DNA from: an uncultured Gammaproteobacteria bacterium
Lineage (GTDB): Bacteria; Patescibacteriota; Microgenomatia; UBA1406; GWC2-37-13
Length of the DNA: 64,000 nucleotides
Reading direction: 5' to 3'
Assembly (NCBI GenBank): GCA_964488055.1
Contig: CAZATL010000003.1
Coordinates: 245 to 64,244 of the forward strand
Under the pieces are notes generated by a model. The model was not told where the DNA came from. It did not search any database and saw nothing but the letters and a program-made list of their open reading frames with translations. Positions 10,018 through 19,961 of the stretch are shown one piece after another. Numbering within the stretch: the first letter of the stretch is position 1; each line of letters starts with the position of its first letter. Both the position numbers and the translations under genes were made by a program.

Positions 10018-11715
10018 ATTGTCTTCAACAAGAGTGAAAGTTTCCAATAACTTAATACAATCGTGATATCTTTGATAAGAATCTACATTTTTCTTCAGAT
10101 ATATGTATCTTATCTTGCTATCAATATTGCAGTCTTGGAGTAACTGTAGTGTCTCGAGCCTCTTTTTGTAGTCGACGTTCAGAAGCTCAAGTTGTTTGAT
10201 ATCAGCAAAATATACCTGTTTACGAGAAATTGCCGTGACATAAGCGGTGTCATACATCTCAGACAAAATGCCGGCTCTATCTTTCTCAAATGGTTGTGTC
10301 AGGACTATGCCGTCTGGCATATTCTTGAGTTTTTCAAGCACGACGAGTTCACTGTCTAGTATCACACTAGACCCTCCCAATGCGAATGTTCTTACAAGAT
10401 CTACCTGCGCTGGTATAAATGCCAAAAATGATGCCATTATAAGAATAATGGCTAAAGGTCTGATTTTGTGCCAAGCAAGATATATTGTTTCTGCCAAAAG
10501 CAAATTACCAAAAATAAATCCGAAATACATAAACTGTATTGTGTTCCACCAGTCTCCACTTTGAATAAAAAGTATTGGCATGAGAGAACAAAATAATACG
10601 ATTACTGTCCACACAAATGCGTGAAAAGATATATGGCTCTTTCTTGACACAACATAATAAAATGATGCAACAATTCCAAGCAGCCTCATGCCGTAATTGA
10701 AAAAAAGAAAATATCCAATTATCTGCGCACACACCCAGATCAGTTTTGGCCCTATGCTGCCAGATGAGCTAAGCGGATACCATAGACTCACAAGATCAGG
10801 CATATGCCACATGTTTGGATCCTCAATCATTTGCTTTGGTATCGCAATCGGGTCGAAGAATATCCCACCATTTGAGTTTCCAGAATAAAAAATAATATAT
10901 GCTATGGCCAAGGCAATAAATGACGAAAGAGTGGTGATTAACGCGTTTTTCCAATCTTTCTTGAAAAGATACAAGACTGTATACGACCCGACAATTATCA
11001 CAAGCGGTATGACTGCGTATATTTTTAGTCCGGCTATGAGAAAAACAAGTGCCAAAACGTAAATTTTGTTTTTCTTTTTGAACAAGATGTATGCTAAAAG
11101 CAAAAGTAAAGCTATGCTCCACATGAATTGTGGATTGGTCATACTAAGCGCGCTCTGCATGGTAGGATTGCCAGATGAGCCCCACACATTTCCATTTTTG
11201 AAATATTGAATAATAAATCCAAATGAAGATGCAAAAAACATCACAAAAAACACAAGTATTGTGTATGTCTTATCTTTGCGGATGGATTGCGAGTAGAGAT
11301 ACAAGATTGTAGAAAAGAACACAAACCAGACCGTAGGCTGAATCCTGAAGTACAAATCCCACGCAGTAAAACCGAGGAGAGTGAATATCCAGAGAACAAT
11401 ATCAAGTAGGAAATTGTATCCTGACAGGCTGGCCCCGGAGAATGTGGGAAAAATAAATGGTATTTGTCGAAATGAACTGTTTATCAGTGCCACGTGCCAT
11501 ATGCCATCATGCTCATGAGCCCCCCAGAGATGCATCCCGCACACGCCTTCAATACACCTCACCATTCCAGAAGGCCAGATTACCACCATATGGAGGACGA
11601 AGGCAGCAGCAACGATGATAACAAGCAGCCAGTTTCTTTTGATACAATCAAACAGTTCCAAATATGGTTTTTTACTTAGCACGTAGCACTTAGCACTTAG
11701 CACTTTTTTCATCAT
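9982..11715 (-). CDS. Polytopic membrane protein, unassigned family B (paralog 2 of 3)
   Basis: It carries CIEGVCGMHLWGAHEHDGIWHVALINSSFRQIPFIFPTFSGASLSGYNFLL, GDWWNTIQF and AYVTAISRKQVYF. Its 3' end overlaps the convergent paralog by 36 nt. The start could be ATG 11715 or an internal TTG at 11661. Confidence 0.7.
   Translation of the reverse strand: MMKKVLSAKCYVLSKKPYLELFDCIKRNWLLVIIVAAAFVLHMVVIWPSGMVRCIEGVCGMHLWGAHEHDGIWHVALINSSFRQIPFIFPTFSGASLSGYNFLLDIVLWIFTLLGFTAWDLYFRIQPTVWFVFFSTILYLYSQSIRKDKTYTILVFFVMFFASSFGFIIQYFKNGNVWGSSGNPTMQSALSMTNPQFMWSIALLLLLAYILFKKKNKIYVLALVFLIAGLKIYAVIPLVIIVGSYTVLYLFKKDWKNALITTLSSFIALAIAYIIFYSGNSNGGIFFDPIAIPKQMIEDPNMWHMPDLVSLWYPLSSSGSIGPKLIWVCAQIIGYFLFFNYGMRLLGIVASFYYVVSRKSHISFHAFVWTVIVLFCSLMPILFIQSGDWWNTIQFMYFGFIFGNLLLAETIYLAWHKIRPLAIILIMASFLAFIPAQVDLVRTFALGGSSVILDSELVVLEKLKNMPDGIVLTQPFEKDRAGILSEMYDTAYVTAISRKQVYFADIKQLELLNVDYKKRLETLQLLQDCNIDSKIRYIYLKKNVDSYQRYHDCIKLLETFTLVEDNSLVSLYSRLEP
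11674..11704. repeat. Tandem heptamer array, ACTTAGC x4 (one copy ACGTAGC)
   Basis: The sequence reads acttagc acgtagc acttagc acttagc act. It lies at the extreme 5' end of the minus-strand gene, or in its leader if TTG 11661 is the true start. Confidence 0.9.
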
Positions 11716-12538
11716 GCTTGCAATTATAACTGTTGTGTATAGAAATTACGAAATATTACATGACTTCATAGAGTCGCTGGCAAGTCAGACATCATCCTCA
11801 TACAAAGTCTATTTTGTCGACGTCACAGAACCTGACAAAAGAGAGATAATTCCTTGGATCAGAAAAATTGAGGGAAAATACGTTTTCATAGAAAGCGAAA
11901 ACAAAGGATATGCAAGCGGAGTCAATATAGGAATAACGAGCGCCCTCAAGGAGGGCCTGACCCGATTTGCCATCGTGAATCCAGATATAGTATTTGATGA
12001 AAATTTCGTTGTGCACAGCACTCAAGTCATCTCTCAACACCCAAGATGTATTGTTGGAGGAAAAATATACTACGCCAAGGGATTTGAATACCACAAAGAC
12101 AGGTATCAACCATCAGAACTAGGTCGTGTGCTTTGGTATGCAGGAGGGAAGATTGACTGGAAACACGCTGTGTGTAGCCATATAGGAGTCGACGAGGTGG
12201 ACTCTGACAAGTACTCGAAGCCGTGCAAAACTGAATTTGCATCTGGCTGTCTCATGATATATGACAAATCAGTCTATGATATCGTAGGTTCTTGGGATGA
12301 AAATTATTTCATGTACTTCGAGGATACAGATTACTGCGTCAGAGCCACGAAGAAGGGTTTGCCCATTTGGTATGATCCTGCAATCATTATTTACCACAAG
12401 AACGCCCAAAGCACAGGTGGATCAGGCTCTCTGGGGCATGTGAGGTGGATGAATAAATCGCGTATGAGATTTGGCGTAAAATATGCACCCCTTCGTACCA
12501 AAATTCATCTTCTTTGGAACTATGTCTTTGCCAAATAG
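11714..12538 (+). CDS. GT2 glycosyltransferase (rhamnosyl/galactosyl-transferase-like)
   Basis: It starts MLAIITVVYRNYEILHDFIESL, has NKGYASGVNIG, and carries the acidic motif FMYFEDTDYCVRA. It is soluble, at about 274 aa. Confidence 0.8.
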   Translation: MLAIITVVYRNYEILHDFIESLASQTSSSYKVYFVDVTEPDKREIIPWIRKIEGKYVFIESENKGYASGVNIGITSALKEGLTRFAIVNPDIVFDENFVVHSTQVISQHPRCIVGGKIYYAKGFEYHKDRYQPSELGRVLWYAGGKIDWKHAVCSHIGVDEVDSDKYSKPCKTEFASGCLMIYDKSVYDIVGSWDENYFMYFEDTDYCVRATKKGLPIWYDPAIIIYHKNAQSTGGSGSLGHVRWMNKSRMRFGVKYAPLRTKIHLLWNYVFAK

Positions 12539-14114
12539 AGAGCTTACAAAAAAACTACTATTAATGACATATAGGATTCTGCCTTGGGTGCTCGTATTTT
12601 TTATTGCCATTTTCTCTTCATATTTATATCTCAAAAAAACCGCTTCTTTTAGATTTCTTGACGAGGAAAATAATATTGTGCCTGGGTATCTAATGACCCA
12701 AGGCTTATCTTTGTATAAAGAAATTTTCATGAATCACAATCCTTTGCCTTTAGTCATTAGCCAAATCCTACAGTCAATATTTACTAGCAATACATTATTT
12801 GACCTTGTGAAGCTCCATAGAGTGTTTATGATTTTGTTTGGGCTTGTTGCAAATATCTTATTACTTGTTAGATTCAGGTCGAAAGCTCTGCTATTTGTTG
12901 GTATATATGAATATCTCCGCTTCTATATATCTGGCCAAATGTTTCTAGCAGAAGGGATGATCGCGTATATGTTCGCATATTACGTTTTGCTACTTGTTGA
13001 AACATGTATAAGTAACAAGCGTAAGATGTCTAGCATTGATACTGCGATTGCATCAATACTATTTGTGTTTATTGTTCTTTCTAGGGAACCTTACGTGCCA
13101 GTAGCATGTGTCTTATATCTACTTACATTGCTAAACGCAAAAAACACAAAAGTCGCAGTCTTGTCAATTATTTCATCAGCACTAGCAATACTTACTTTCA
13201 TGATTCAGTTTGATTTGGGGGAATTTTACAAACAGGTTGTGCTTTTGAATCAATCTTATGCACTACTTGGATCCAAAGACCAGGGAGGGCTTCAGATTTT
13301 TTCTGGGATACGCAATTTGTACGAGTATATATGGGATGCTTCCAAGCTTGATAAACCGTTATATATCATTCTAGGAACAATCAATATTACGTTATTTATT
13401 TTGCTATTTCAAAAAGCCAGAAAAATAGGGTGGAGGTCGTCTGTGCCCACAATTACTGTTGTAATTATTATTTTATTTTTAGCTGGTGTTCGCAATTTCG
13501 CATCTGGCGTAGAGTGGTTTGGAATGTATAGATCAATTCCATACATCGCTATACTCATTTCACTAGTAGCGGCGCTCGCTACCAGAAAGACGGTTTTACT
13601 AATACTAATTTTTGTTACTCTTGTTTCAGTACTTCATCCTAGGTCACACTTCCTAGAGAAAAGAGATAACGCAAACGAATACTACATCAACTACTCACCA
13701 AGTTACACAGTCGGAAATGTGATAGCTATCATATGCAAAAATGTCGCCTGTAATATGCATATAGACGGACTAGATATAAACCCTTACTTCGTGAGCAAAG
13801 TAAGACCAAGCTACAAATATGCCATATACTACCCCATAAATGATATGTACCTCGACTACAAGTCCATAAGACAGGAATCGCTAATTAGAAATAGTCCATC
13901 TGTCTATTACGACTCATCATGTGAAGTTTCTCCAAGCAAATTGCCGAGCGCAATTATCAATGACTATATCTGGCTTTACAAAAACGATAAAAAGAAGCTG
14001 ACAAAGTCGTGCATAGCCATAAACAAGATGACACTATTACCTAATATAAATATTGACCAATTGGAAGAAATTAAAAAGCATTTTTATATCATAAGAGATG
14101 AAGACGCCAATTAA
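12522..14114 (+). CDS. Polytopic membrane protein, putative GT-C (acidic DEEN first-loop motif)
   Basis: After TM1 the loop reads FLDEENNIVPGYLMTQGLSLYKEIFMNHNPLP, the same style as the DE-loops of 4947 and 6574. There are at least 9 further helices and a soluble roughly 150-aa C-terminus. ATG 12522 overlaps the upstream stop by 17 nt, so the start is uncertain. Confidence 0.6.
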   Translation: MSLPNRELTKKLLLMTYRILPWVLVFFIAIFSSYLYLKKTASFRFLDEENNIVPGYLMTQGLSLYKEIFMNHNPLPLVISQILQSIFTSNTLFDLVKLHRVFMILFGLVANILLLVRFRSKALLFVGIYEYLRFYISGQMFLAEGMIAYMFAYYVLLLVETCISNKRKMSSIDTAIASILFVFIVLSREPYVPVACVLYLLTLLNAKNTKVAVLSIISSALAILTFMIQFDLGEFYKQVVLLNQSYALLGSKDQGGLQIFSGIRNLYEYIWDASKLDKPLYIILGTINITLFILLFQKARKIGWRSSVPTITVVIIILFLAGVRNFASGVEWFGMYRSIPYIAILISLVAALATRKTVLLILIFVTLVSVLHPRSHFLEKRDNANEYYINYSPSYTVGNVIAIICKNVACNMHIDGLDINPYFVSKVRPSYKYAIYYPINDMYLDYKSIRQESLIRNSPSVYYDSSCEVSPSKLPSAIINDYIWLYKNDKKKLTKSCIAINKMTLLPNINIDQLEEIKKHFYIIRDEDAN

Positions 14115-15852
14115 ATGGATTTTGCACAACAAGGTAGAGACATTTATTTTGATATCAGGATCAATAATACTATTAAGCATTGTTATACCTTACGAAAAGT
14201 ATTATTGTCTTTTCGGACAGTGCGGGCTTTGGCTCGTAGACAAGATAAGGGCAAGAGATGATTTCTGGCAGATAGCTATAGCACAGAGTTCATTTAATAC
14301 TTGGCCGTTTGAGCTGCCAAATGCATCAGGCGTACCACTGCAGGGATATCATTACTTGTATAGTTTCATTTTGTTCTTGCTCGGCAAGATATACTTTGAC
14401 CCGATATCAGCGAACGGATTTTTGTACCCAATATTTTGGGTTGCCTGCTATTCATACCTATCCTTTGCTTTAATCAAGCTAATTAGCAAATCAGTGCTTG
14501 TTCAAAGGATTTTTTTATTTCTACAGTTCTTTGGTGGTTCTTTCGGATATTTACTCACACTCTATCACAAAAAATCGTTTCTATTTTCTGAAGGAATGAC
14601 TTATCAACCCATCCTATATCTTACCAATAAGCCTCTGTCACTTTCTGTACTACTCTTTTTGGGAATAATAATTCTCGTAATCAGAAATTACTTGAACACT
14701 GCTAGAGGTATTGTCATCTTGTCGACATTAGTCTTTCTTACTTGGGGAGCCAAATTTCATACAGGCTTTGCTATGGCAATATTTTTGGCTTCTTATGGAC
14801 TCGGCTTGTATATGACAAAGAAGATCAGCCTTCGGAAATTTATCGCAATAGGGGCAAGTTTTGTTATAGCAAGCATTTTGTCTATATTTGTATTCTATAG
14901 ACCGGATTTATCTTTTGGGTCTGGAAAGCCGCCGCTTTCCTGGGCTCCATTTTCACTTGCTCACGGAATGATCGAGTCGCCAGACATGCTCTATATGAGA
15001 TCACTTACAGACGCCAGATACTATCTCTATTCACAAAACATCTTTAGTCCTAGATTAGCTTTTATTGAGATTTTTTCGGCTATTTTATATCTATTTTTTA
15101 TGGTGGGCACAAGGTTTATTGCCGTAGTTGGAATAGCCCGAATGTTTTGGCAACGTACGCTGCCCATTATTCACGCTTCAATGGTCGCAACCATCTTAGG
15201 ACTCGGATTTATGATGCTCGGATTTGTCCAAAATGCCGATTGGTTTAATACCATGCAATTTTTTACTTTTGCCATAATTTTTCTAAATATTTACACCGCA
15301 CAGTCATTAGAAGTGATAATGAGAAAGATCGGAACTAGACGAATAATTTTTTCCTTAATAGCCATTATTTTCGTGATGCTTACTGCACCTTTTTCATTTG
15401 CAACCGTATATACAACAACGAGCATGATTCCCGTCAACGGATTAGTCATAAAAAAAGATGAACTTGAAGCCTTGAAAAAGCTTGAAGATATGCCCGGTGC
15501 AATTGTTTTCGTCCCAGAAGGCGGTCTTTTAGACAAAAATGGAGATGGATCTGATAGGACAATATGGAAACACAATGATATATCATATGTAAGTGCATTG
15601 ACGAGAAAGCAAAGCTATCTTTCTGTACAACACCAACTCTCACTACTTGGAATAAATTATGAAGAAAGAAAGAAAATTGTCAGTAATCCGAGTCTAATAA
15701 ATATTGATGCTTTTGATTCGATCGACTACTACTACTTGCCAAAAGAACACCCTCATTACAGTTTATTGAGGGGCAAAGCAGTCAAATCAAATTTATTCAG
15801 AAATGCCTTTGAAAACGAAAAGTATATTATCTATCAGAGAAAGAGATTGTGA
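14098..15852 (+). CDS. Polytopic membrane protein, unassigned family B (paralog 3 of 3)
   Basis: It carries CLFGQCGLWLVDKIRARDDFWQIAIAQSSFNTWPFELPNASGVPLQGYHYLY, ADWFNTMQF and SYVSALTRKQSYL. It overlaps the upstream gene by 17 nt. Confidence 0.7.
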   Translation: MKTPIKWILHNKVETFILISGSIILLSIVIPYEKYYCLFGQCGLWLVDKIRARDDFWQIAIAQSSFNTWPFELPNASGVPLQGYHYLYSFILFLLGKIYFDPISANGFLYPIFWVACYSYLSFALIKLISKSVLVQRIFLFLQFFGGSFGYLLTLYHKKSFLFSEGMTYQPILYLTNKPLSLSVLLFLGIIILVIRNYLNTARGIVILSTLVFLTWGAKFHTGFAMAIFLASYGLGLYMTKKISLRKFIAIGASFVIASILSIFVFYRPDLSFGSGKPPLSWAPFSLAHGMIESPDMLYMRSLTDARYYLYSQNIFSPRLAFIEIFSAILYLFFMVGTRFIAVVGIARMFWQRTLPIIHASMVATILGLGFMMLGFVQNADWFNTMQFFTFAIIFLNIYTAQSLEVIMRKIGTRRIIFSLIAIIFVMLTAPFSFATVYTTTSMIPVNGLVIKKDELEALKKLEDMPGAIVFVPEGGLLDKNGDGSDRTIWKHNDISYVSALTRKQSYLSVQHQLSLLGINYEERKKIVSNPSLINIDAFDSIDYYYLPKEHPHYSLLRGKAVKSNLFRNAFENEKYIIYQRKRL

Positions 15853-15856
15853 TTTA

Positions 15857-17308
15857 TCATTCTGACTTCTTAAGAATATATAAATCTACTTCTTGATTTA
15901 TTTTGGAACTACCTAAAATAGTATAGTCTTTCCCAAATGAAGTAAATTCCCAAGTGCTTATCTTATCAAGTGGCTTTGATTGTTTTGATAGCACAACAAG
16001 ATACTGGTTATCTTTATAGTTATCTACAGCGAGCGGTTGCACCAGACTATCGTCAAGCGACAGCAAATAACGAAGTGGCATGGCTCTGTTGTCTCGCTGC
16101 AAGTCTTGCGTAATATTCCACTTGGAATTCTGGCTCATATGCACCAACTCTCTCTTAATTACCTCAAGAGCTTTTCTCTGACTAGCGAGCCCAAAACCGT
16201 CCTGCTCATCAGGTATCTCAAAATGCTTATTAACATTTGCGAGTGCAGAGATAACAAGTAGCATCGATAGTACAAGAATATATCTTTCCTTCAATTTCAC
16301 TGAAGTAACAAAATATGCAAGCATAAGAACAAGTACTGGTAGAATACCAATGAGATAATGGCTTTGGATTATACCTCTATACAAAGTGAGGCTTGCCAGA
16401 AGTGATAAAAAACTAAAGTTATAAATATTCAAAATAGACTTATGTTTTTTTGCGTACAAAACAAAGGCAAATAAGATCACCAGGATTGTCGCTCCTCCAA
16501 GAAAAATATCTTCATACCCCAGAAGTTGTGATACAGAAGTAAAAAACTGATATAGCCTTTCAGACGCAATCTCTTTCTCTCCCCCACCACTTGTCAGATG
16601 CTTGAGTATTGCATTTGTGTTGAAGAAATTATTTCGCAATTCAAATAATACGAATGGAGAAATGCCCATCAAGGCTCCCAGAATGAAAGTGGCTGCATTT
16701 TTTACACTTTTTTGCAGCATTGCATATGCAAAGTAAAAAAATGCATATACATAAAGAAGGTAATGCGCCTGAACCAATATACCTGTTACAAATCCTGCCA
16801 GCGCCATTTGCCATAATCTTTTATCTTTATATGTGAGCAGATAAATTGTGAGTGTGGATAAAAATAGTGCAGGATATGAGTTGAACGCGGCTTTTGAGTA
16901 ATATATAAAGAGTGGCGACACAGCAAATAGTGTCGCAGCGAGCATACCTGTACTTTTTGAGCCAATTCGCTTGCCAAGTAAATATATGACAGGTATTGTG
17001 GCAAGCTGCAAAAAAATCTGGAAATAAGTGCCAGCCAGTGGATCAGATTTTAGTAAATAGAAAAATGGGATCATCAAATAGTAGATTGCGGGCCCATTAA
17101 AAAATTCACCGACGGAAGCGCGTGGGCCAAGTAGCGTGAAATCTCCATGGAGTATATTTTTCACAGCGTACGAATCAATTGCCTGATCAGATAGAAAGAT
17201 TGCATATTCATCAATTCTATGAATACGAAGCAGCGCGGCGATTATTACAATAGTTAGTACAATGATGGATTCACTTCTCAAAATATTCAAGTCAATTTTT
17301 CTTCTCAT
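15857..17308 (-). CDS. GT-C glycosyltransferase, GT39-like family C (paralog of 22279 and 23901)
   Basis: The first loop SDQAIDSYAVKNILHGDFTLLGPRASVGEFFNGPAIYY aligns with (D/E)QGRD...GP...G.FHG.WYYY in the two plus-strand paralogs. It is polytopic. ATG 17308 directly abuts the stop of the upstream gene (17310). Confidence 0.7.
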   Translation of the reverse strand: MRRKIDLNILRSESIIVLTIVIIAALLRIHRIDEYAIFLSDQAIDSYAVKNILHGDFTLLGPRASVGEFFNGPAIYYLMIPFFYLLKSDPLAGTYFQIFLQLATIPVIYLLGKRIGSKSTGMLAATLFAVSPLFIYYSKAAFNSYPALFLSTLTIYLLTYKDKRLWQMALAGFVTGILVQAHYLLYVYAFFYFAYAMLQKSVKNAATFILGALMGISPFVLFELRNNFFNTNAILKHLTSGGGEKEIASERLYQFFTSVSQLLGYEDIFLGGATILVILFAFVLYAKKHKSILNIYNFSFLSLLASLTLYRGIIQSHYLIGILPVLVLMLAYFVTSVKLKERYILVLSMLLVISALANVNKHFEIPDEQDGFGLASQRKALEVIKRELVHMSQNSKWNITQDLQRDNRAMPLRYLLSLDDSLVQPLAVDNYKDNQYLVVLSKQSKPLDKISTWEFTSFGKDYTILGSSKINQEVDLYILKKSE

Positions 17309-17309
17309 G

Positions 17310-18773
17310 CTATCTATTACTTGTTGCATAATTACCAATTAATTTACCAAAAAGCCTTGAAGCAGAGCCCATATACTGTTGATGGATCACGCCATATTTG
17401 AGATGAGCGGTTAACATATTTCTATCGGGCTTCTCATTGGTGGCTGGATTACTAATGTCTTTTAGCACTGCGGTCTGCGTTATAACTGTAAAAAATCCGA
17501 GTAAAAATATGCTCGTTGCATATATTCTGACGTTTCTTCCTGCGCTCCAGATATACTCAAGATTCTTGAGCAATATTAAGACCAGAATTGTAAGCAAAAG
17601 CGGAGTCGTGCGGAGTAGCCAGTCATTGGCAGCACCCAGTCGGGTCTGTGAGATAACACACAAAATGATAATGCACCACCAAGCTAATCTATACTCTGTC
17701 AGACTTACTTTCCTACGAATTGCGATGATTAGTGGCACAAAAATAAGAATATCTACAACCAAAAAAACTATCATGCCGATGATATTTTGAGATGTGCTTT
17801 TTTGATATGTCCAATATGAAGTCATGTGATCATTCAAGATATTTACCTGACTTTTGAAATACAAAAAAACAACCAAACCAAAAACCACACCAGCAAAAGA
17901 AGTAAAAATTGTTCTTTTGTTTACTTTGATGGGCCAAAGGAATGGAATTGATACAAGAAAAATGGAAGCCGATACAAATGGCGACCAAAGGAGACCTAGT
18001 CCTACATAAAGTAATATATTCCTAGTAATACTACTATTTTTTATGTCTACAAAAACAAGATAAGCAAAAAGCCAGGCACTTATTGCATGTTGCGGTGCCC
18101 AAGTCAACTGACTTATGAATGACGGGATTTGCAGTCCTGGTGCATATGACTCAAGATGAGTAAAGGATATTGGAATCTTCCCAAGCAGTACATTCCCTAT
18201 GATATCTATACCACTAATACCAAAAAGGATAAGCAGATACCAGACATTATTCTTACTGAATCTCATAATTCCTATGGCAAAAAGCAAAATGCCAACGCAA
18301 GTGTAAATAAAAGTAGCAATCTCTGCACTTTGCCAGTTACCGAGTAACTTGCCCACGATAGCAGGCGGTATGTAGTAAGCTAGATAATAGACAAGTGTAG
18401 TGTCGCTAACGTAAGGACCCGCGCCGTAGTTTACAGGCCAATCGTAATTTATGAGATCATTTATGATCACGTTATGCTTCGTCCAGTCTCCTCGCTGTAT
18501 CACGTATCCACCTGCTCCAGATATAACAGCCAAAAAAGTAACAAGTGTTATGGTAATCGCCAAATTTTGGGTGCTTGTGCTTGAAATAAAATGCTTGACA
18601 TAATTATCAATACCACCCCTCGTGTGCAGGTACAAGGCATAAAGAAGAAGCGCGATAAGCACTATGCTGTATGGCATCCTGACCCAGAAAAATATGAATA
18701 CAAGACAAGGAAAACTCAAGTACACCATTATCCAAGTATTTAGGGATGAAAATAATCCTTTTATATTTGACAT
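17310..18773 (-). CDS. Polytopic membrane protein (GT-C / O-antigen-polymerase-like, unassigned)
   Basis: The 487-aa product has at least 11 hydrophobic helices. One loop reads QRGDWTKHNVIINDLINYDWPVNYGAGPY. No soluble domain is evident. It is embedded in the GT-C array. Confidence 0.55.
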   Translation of the reverse strand: MSNIKGLFSSLNTWIMVYLSFPCLVFIFFWVRMPYSIVLIALLLYALYLHTRGGIDNYVKHFISSTSTQNLAITITLVTFLAVISGAGGYVIQRGDWTKHNVIINDLINYDWPVNYGAGPYVSDTTLVYYLAYYIPPAIVGKLLGNWQSAEIATFIYTCVGILLFAIGIMRFSKNNVWYLLILFGISGIDIIGNVLLGKIPISFTHLESYAPGLQIPSFISQLTWAPQHAISAWLFAYLVFVDIKNSSITRNILLYVGLGLLWSPFVSASIFLVSIPFLWPIKVNKRTIFTSFAGVVFGLVVFLYFKSQVNILNDHMTSYWTYQKSTSQNIIGMIVFLVVDILIFVPLIIAIRRKVSLTEYRLAWWCIIILCVISQTRLGAANDWLLRTTPLLLTILVLILLKNLEYIWSAGRNVRIYATSIFLLGFFTVITQTAVLKDISNPATNEKPDRNMLTAHLKYGVIHQQYMGSASRLFGKLIGNYATSNR

Positions 18774-18793
18774 ATCATCTATTCACAACTCTA

Positions 18794-19960
18794 TTACATA
18801 AATGGCAACATACTGTCCAGGAACATATTCGATGATATGAAATTCACAACATACCAATACAGAGCTGGCAAAATCGCAAGAAACATCCACCTTACCTGTT
18901 TTTGCTCTAAAAAGCGTCCAGCAGACCCAATGATAACAGGCACAATCGGCACTAGGTATCTAGCAAGATCTCTGTGTTGAACTGTAAGTATAAATCCAAA
19001 ATATACAATTACAAAAAAGAAAAGGGCATCTTTTTTCTTTTGGATTTTGTCAAATAAATAAAGCCAGATTGCCCCAAAGTAAAAAAGCAAGTCCTCAAGA
19101 AAAAAAGTCTTTATTTCTTTTGCAGAAGACTCAAATTGCGAGTAGAAGAATCCTGATGGCACGACAGCTCCAGTATGGAAATATGCAAAGAAGTCACCGT
19201 ACTGTCTCAAGTAAAGTAAGCAAACAGTTAGAAATCCACCAAATGATCCCAATATAATCCAGAGAAGCTTGGGATTGTTTTTACGGCTTGATAAGTAGAG
19301 GTACAAATAGTATATAGCCACTCCCCCGCCCCACAACACCCCGTGTATACGCGTGAAGGATGCATAAGCAGCAAAAATACCTGCCCAGATGTAATGTTTA
19401 TTATTCAACAGAATAGCTGATGCCAAAAGACAGCACATGAATACTATTTCTGACGAACCAGTACTTCGCAGTATCCAGAATCTTGGTAAAAGTAGTGTGA
19501 CAAAAGTCAAAGTGAGGGCATTTTTTGCTTCAAAAATGTTTTTGTAAAACAAATAAAGTAGACATCCCATTAGCATTGATGCGACTAGATTTATGTATAT
19601 CATGCTCTCAAGATACCCCATCATTGGGGCTAATATTTTTATGATGATAGGGTAACCTGGGGTGTGGGCCGCATAGTAAATGGGCTTTAGATCGAGTACT
19701 TTGTATTTTTCGATTTGATCTGATCTATAGTTTGTTTTGGCTGGAATCACAAACATAAGGCCATCATAGTTTCGGTATATTCCCTCAAATCCATACTTCG
19801 CCGCACGGCTAGCTGGCTCACCAACCCGCATGATAAACGGCATCCATACGACAAGCGTAGTCACAAGCGAAAACACTGCAATATATGAAAATTGTTTTGT
19901 GTAGGAAAAATTTTTGGTTCTTGATTTGTATGAGTGGAAAACCTTCATAATATTTTTCAT
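18794..19960 (-). CDS. PIG-V/mannosyltransferase-like GT-C membrane protein (tandem paralog 2)
   Basis: YRNYDGLMFVIPAKTNY...YYAAHTPGYPIIIKILAP matches the YDG..Y..IA...GY style first loop of PIG-V-type (GT76-like) proteins. It aligns along its full length with 19962-21095. Confidence 0.65.
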   Translation of the reverse strand: MKNIMKVFHSYKSRTKNFSYTKQFSYIAVFSLVTTLVVWMPFIMRVGEPASRAAKYGFEGIYRNYDGLMFVIPAKTNYRSDQIEKYKVLDLKPIYYAAHTPGYPIIIKILAPMMGYLESMIYINLVASMLMGCLLYLFYKNIFEAKNALTLTFVTLLLPRFWILRSTGSSEIVFMCCLLASAILLNNKHYIWAGIFAAYASFTRIHGVLWGGGVAIYYLYLYLSSRKNNPKLLWIILGSFGGFLTVCLLYLRQYGDFFAYFHTGAVVPSGFFYSQFESSAKEIKTFFLEDLLFYFGAIWLYLFDKIQKKKDALFFFVIVYFGFILTVQHRDLARYLVPIVPVIIGSAGRFLEQKQVRWMFLAILPALYWYVVNFISSNMFLDSMLPFM

Positions 19961-19961
19961 A

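Noticed and set aside
8335-15852. Family-B proteins as STT3/AglB/PglB-type oligosaccharyltransferases because of the GDWWN motif
   Set aside because: The OST WWDxG motif sits in the soluble domain after the last TM. Here (D/G)W(W/Y/F)N lies between membrane helices, with more TMs following it. The rest of the OST signature was not seen either. I keep the family as unassigned GT-C-like.
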